The notes under the pieces: generated by a model
The model's database searches: none
What the model was told of the DNA's origin: nothing
What the model saw: only the letters and a program-made list of their open reading frames with translations
Origin: Octopus bimaculoides
Taxonomy: Eukaryota
Reading direction: 5' to 3'
DNA: 64,000 nucleotides
NCBI RefSeq assembly: GCF_001194135.2
Contig: NC_068991.1
Span: 54,095,631 to 54,159,630 of the forward strand
Part shown: piece by piece, positions 62,115 to 64,000 of the stretch
Numbering within the stretch: the first letter of the stretch is position 1
Layout: each line of letters starts with the position of its first letter
Made by a program: the position numbers and the translations under genes

Positions 62115-62207
62115 TGGAGTCTGTCTGTGTGTCAGAAGAGATGAGGCTTTGTTCAAACGTTCAGAAAAGCATATCACCTGAAAGGAGACAAAAAGTAGGA
62201 CTACTAT
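62115..62207 (+). CDS. CCDC9: Candidate 93-nt cassette exon: (V)ESVCVSEEMRLCSNVQKSISPERRQKVGLL
   Basis: Very strong pyrimidine tract 62071-62110 + ctAG (62113-14). Stop-free in phase 1; donor GTAGGT at 62208 gives phase 1-1. Confidence 0.4.
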
Positions 62208-62382
62208 GTAGGTACCATGCTAACGCAAATGACAATGAAGGAATTCTTTATACTTTCATTCATTTCGTTTCCTTATCCTATATATATATATCTCCATGTC
62301 TCTATTATTAATCTTCACGCCCATTTCTCTCTTTTACTAATAACATAATTAAACAGATTCCTTACTTTTTTCTTCTTGTTAG

Positions 62383-62460
62383 CTGGTCGAATTGGCAGTG
62401 GTCGTTTTGACCGTGGCGAAAGAGATGACCGCCAGAGGGGTGAAGCCCCTGGAACCAAAG
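62383..62460 (+). CDS. CCDC9: CCDC9-like exon: (A)GRIGSGRFDRGERDDRQRGEAPGTK; gene continues beyond the window
   Basis: ttttttcttcttgttAG acceptor, 78 nt phase 1-1, donor GTACCT. RG-rich low complexity. Confidence 0.88.
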
Positions 62461-62556
62461 GTACCTGCATCAACTGTTTAAGTTTATCTGATGCTGGATA
62501 TTTGCTGCATGTGTTCTTCTTATGTTTAAAAAAAAAACTGTTTGTTTGTGGTTTGC

Positions 62557-62590
<34 letters not shown>

Positions 62591-63144
62591 TCAAGTATAC
62601 AAGCATGTTTACAGACACACAAATTATATAGGACATTTATGCAGTTACATTAGAGTGCTTGATGCATGTTTGTGACTATGTGTTAAATTATTTCCCACTT
62701 CACTCATAAATATATATATGTGTGTCAGTGAAGTGGGAATTGATTAATAAGAGTTCCATACCCTGACTTTTATAGCCTTCATTCTTTCAGTTAAATCCCA
62801 TGTTTTATTTTTTATTTCATAGATTTTCTGACATAATATTTTATTTAAAAAAAAAAGAAAGAAAAACATGTTTCATTTAAAAAAAAAACTTTCTGAGAAT
62901 CAGCCACTTAATAAGTGTGTTTTTTTATATGCTCACTAAGAAAGAATTTTAAATAGAATATGTGATTTCAAAATCTCAAAAACATCTTGAGGCTATGAGA
63001 ATTAATTTAGCTTAAAATTACAAAATTCTCCTCACAGAAATAAGGTGCCTAATAAAAAAAAAATGTTTGATTTATTGTAAATACTTAACCATTCCAATGA
63101 GAAAATTTACTGCATGAAACTCAGGATTTGGATCTATTACTTGT

Positions 63145-63191
<47 letters not shown>

Positions 63192-63553
63192 TGTTTTCTT
63201 TCTCTTGTTTGTTTTCCTAGAATAGTGTATTCACACACACACACACACACAGAAATCAAAATACATAATCAGACAAGCAGATCTTTAGTGTGTTGGGGAG
63301 AAGTGTTAGGTTGTAAGAATAATTGAAGGAAAAGTGATACTGGGAAATGCAATTTGTAGAAGTGTTTTGACATCAAATCTACATTTATTAGAATTTGAAA
63401 CATTTTAAAATTAAATGTGAAATTTAATACATGACAGTTAAGCTAATATATTTTAATAACATTTAAGAAAATTTGTTTTTTCTCTTCATATCTTATCTGA
63501 CTACAACATTTGTTATTCTATATAAATCAATGCAAGAGAGTCATTCTCTTTTA

Positions 63554-63750
63554 GTACCTTATAATTTAACACACGCACCGGTAAAATTTCCACTTCTTTT
63601 TTATTTTTCTAAAATTTTCATTGCGTCTTGCAACCATTTCAATATTTTTGACTCTATTGAAAAGCTTGCAAGACGCAATGAAAATTTTAGGAAAATAAAA
63701 AAAGAAATAAGTGGAAACTTTACCAGTGAGTGTGTTAAATTATAAGGCAC
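63554..63750. repeat. Palindromic foldback element (MITE-like); related half copy at ~36780-36900
   Basis: CCTTATAATTTAACACAC...TTCATTGCGTCTTGCAA mirrored by TTGCAAGACGCAATGAA...GTGTGTTAAATTATAAGG; arms ~80 bp. Confidence 0.85.
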
Positions 63751-63835
63751 AACAGTATATAGATATAGATATATGTATATATAGATATATGTATGTATAG
63801 ATATATATGTATATATAGATATATATGTAGATATA

Positions 63836-63910
<75 letters not shown>

Positions 63911-64000
63911 GATTATGCGAATAAGGGGTCCAACGTAGGTCATATGGAGATGTATCTGTATATATGTAGATATATATGTATCTATCTATATATATATATA

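Noticed and set aside
489-63943. Most six-frame ORFs (poly-H/D/I/Y/V/C peptides, ORFs through N-gaps, recurring MRNWYLIYRP.. and MKGKV.. peptides)
   Set aside because: They are translations of microsatellites, SINE consensus or gaps, with no splice-phase or homology support.

Overview
AT-rich, repeat-dense animal genomic DNA with four N-gaps. The SINE/LINE repertoire and microsatellite density suggest an octopus genome (inference; not verifiable here). The window is mostly intronic sequence of one + strand gene whose spliced exons give a CCDC9/CCDC9B-family protein (motifs KEEREALL..KMEEIRKKNEAL..RHE|EIEADK, PPPDPAYNFLADRR, RHPKNYGGIDFQ, MSISMTGRERRQYMEWKAER..D.ERI.RQK...GEWRREWDAEK). The gene runs off the right end and probably has an upstream non-coding exon. 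Nine core exons splice in a consistent frame (7917-7928, 16089-16211, 23833-23901, 24857-24946, 38011-38103, 47280-47540, 48937-49118, 54594-54643, 62383-62460). Four further frame-preserving candidate cassette exons lie at 28565-28618, 43862-44104, 51234-51278 and 62115-62207. Introns hold several tRNA-derived SINE families, RTE LINE fragments, an RLE-type LINE end, Penelope-like remnants, a full-length but broken mariner, a maT/DD37D-type remnant, TTAA-flanked MITEs, Helentron-associated elements and several foldbacks. The most notable unexplained signal is a type I hammerhead-ribozyme fold, sense to the pre-mRNA, at the centre of a ~180-nt foldback (36351-36529). Two damaged hammerhead-like motifs (20430-20468, 5046-5190) are also on the + strand. 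Most ORF-track entries are repeat- or microsatellite-derived and not genes. Repeat boundaries are approximate and were read by eye; no database search or folding program was run.
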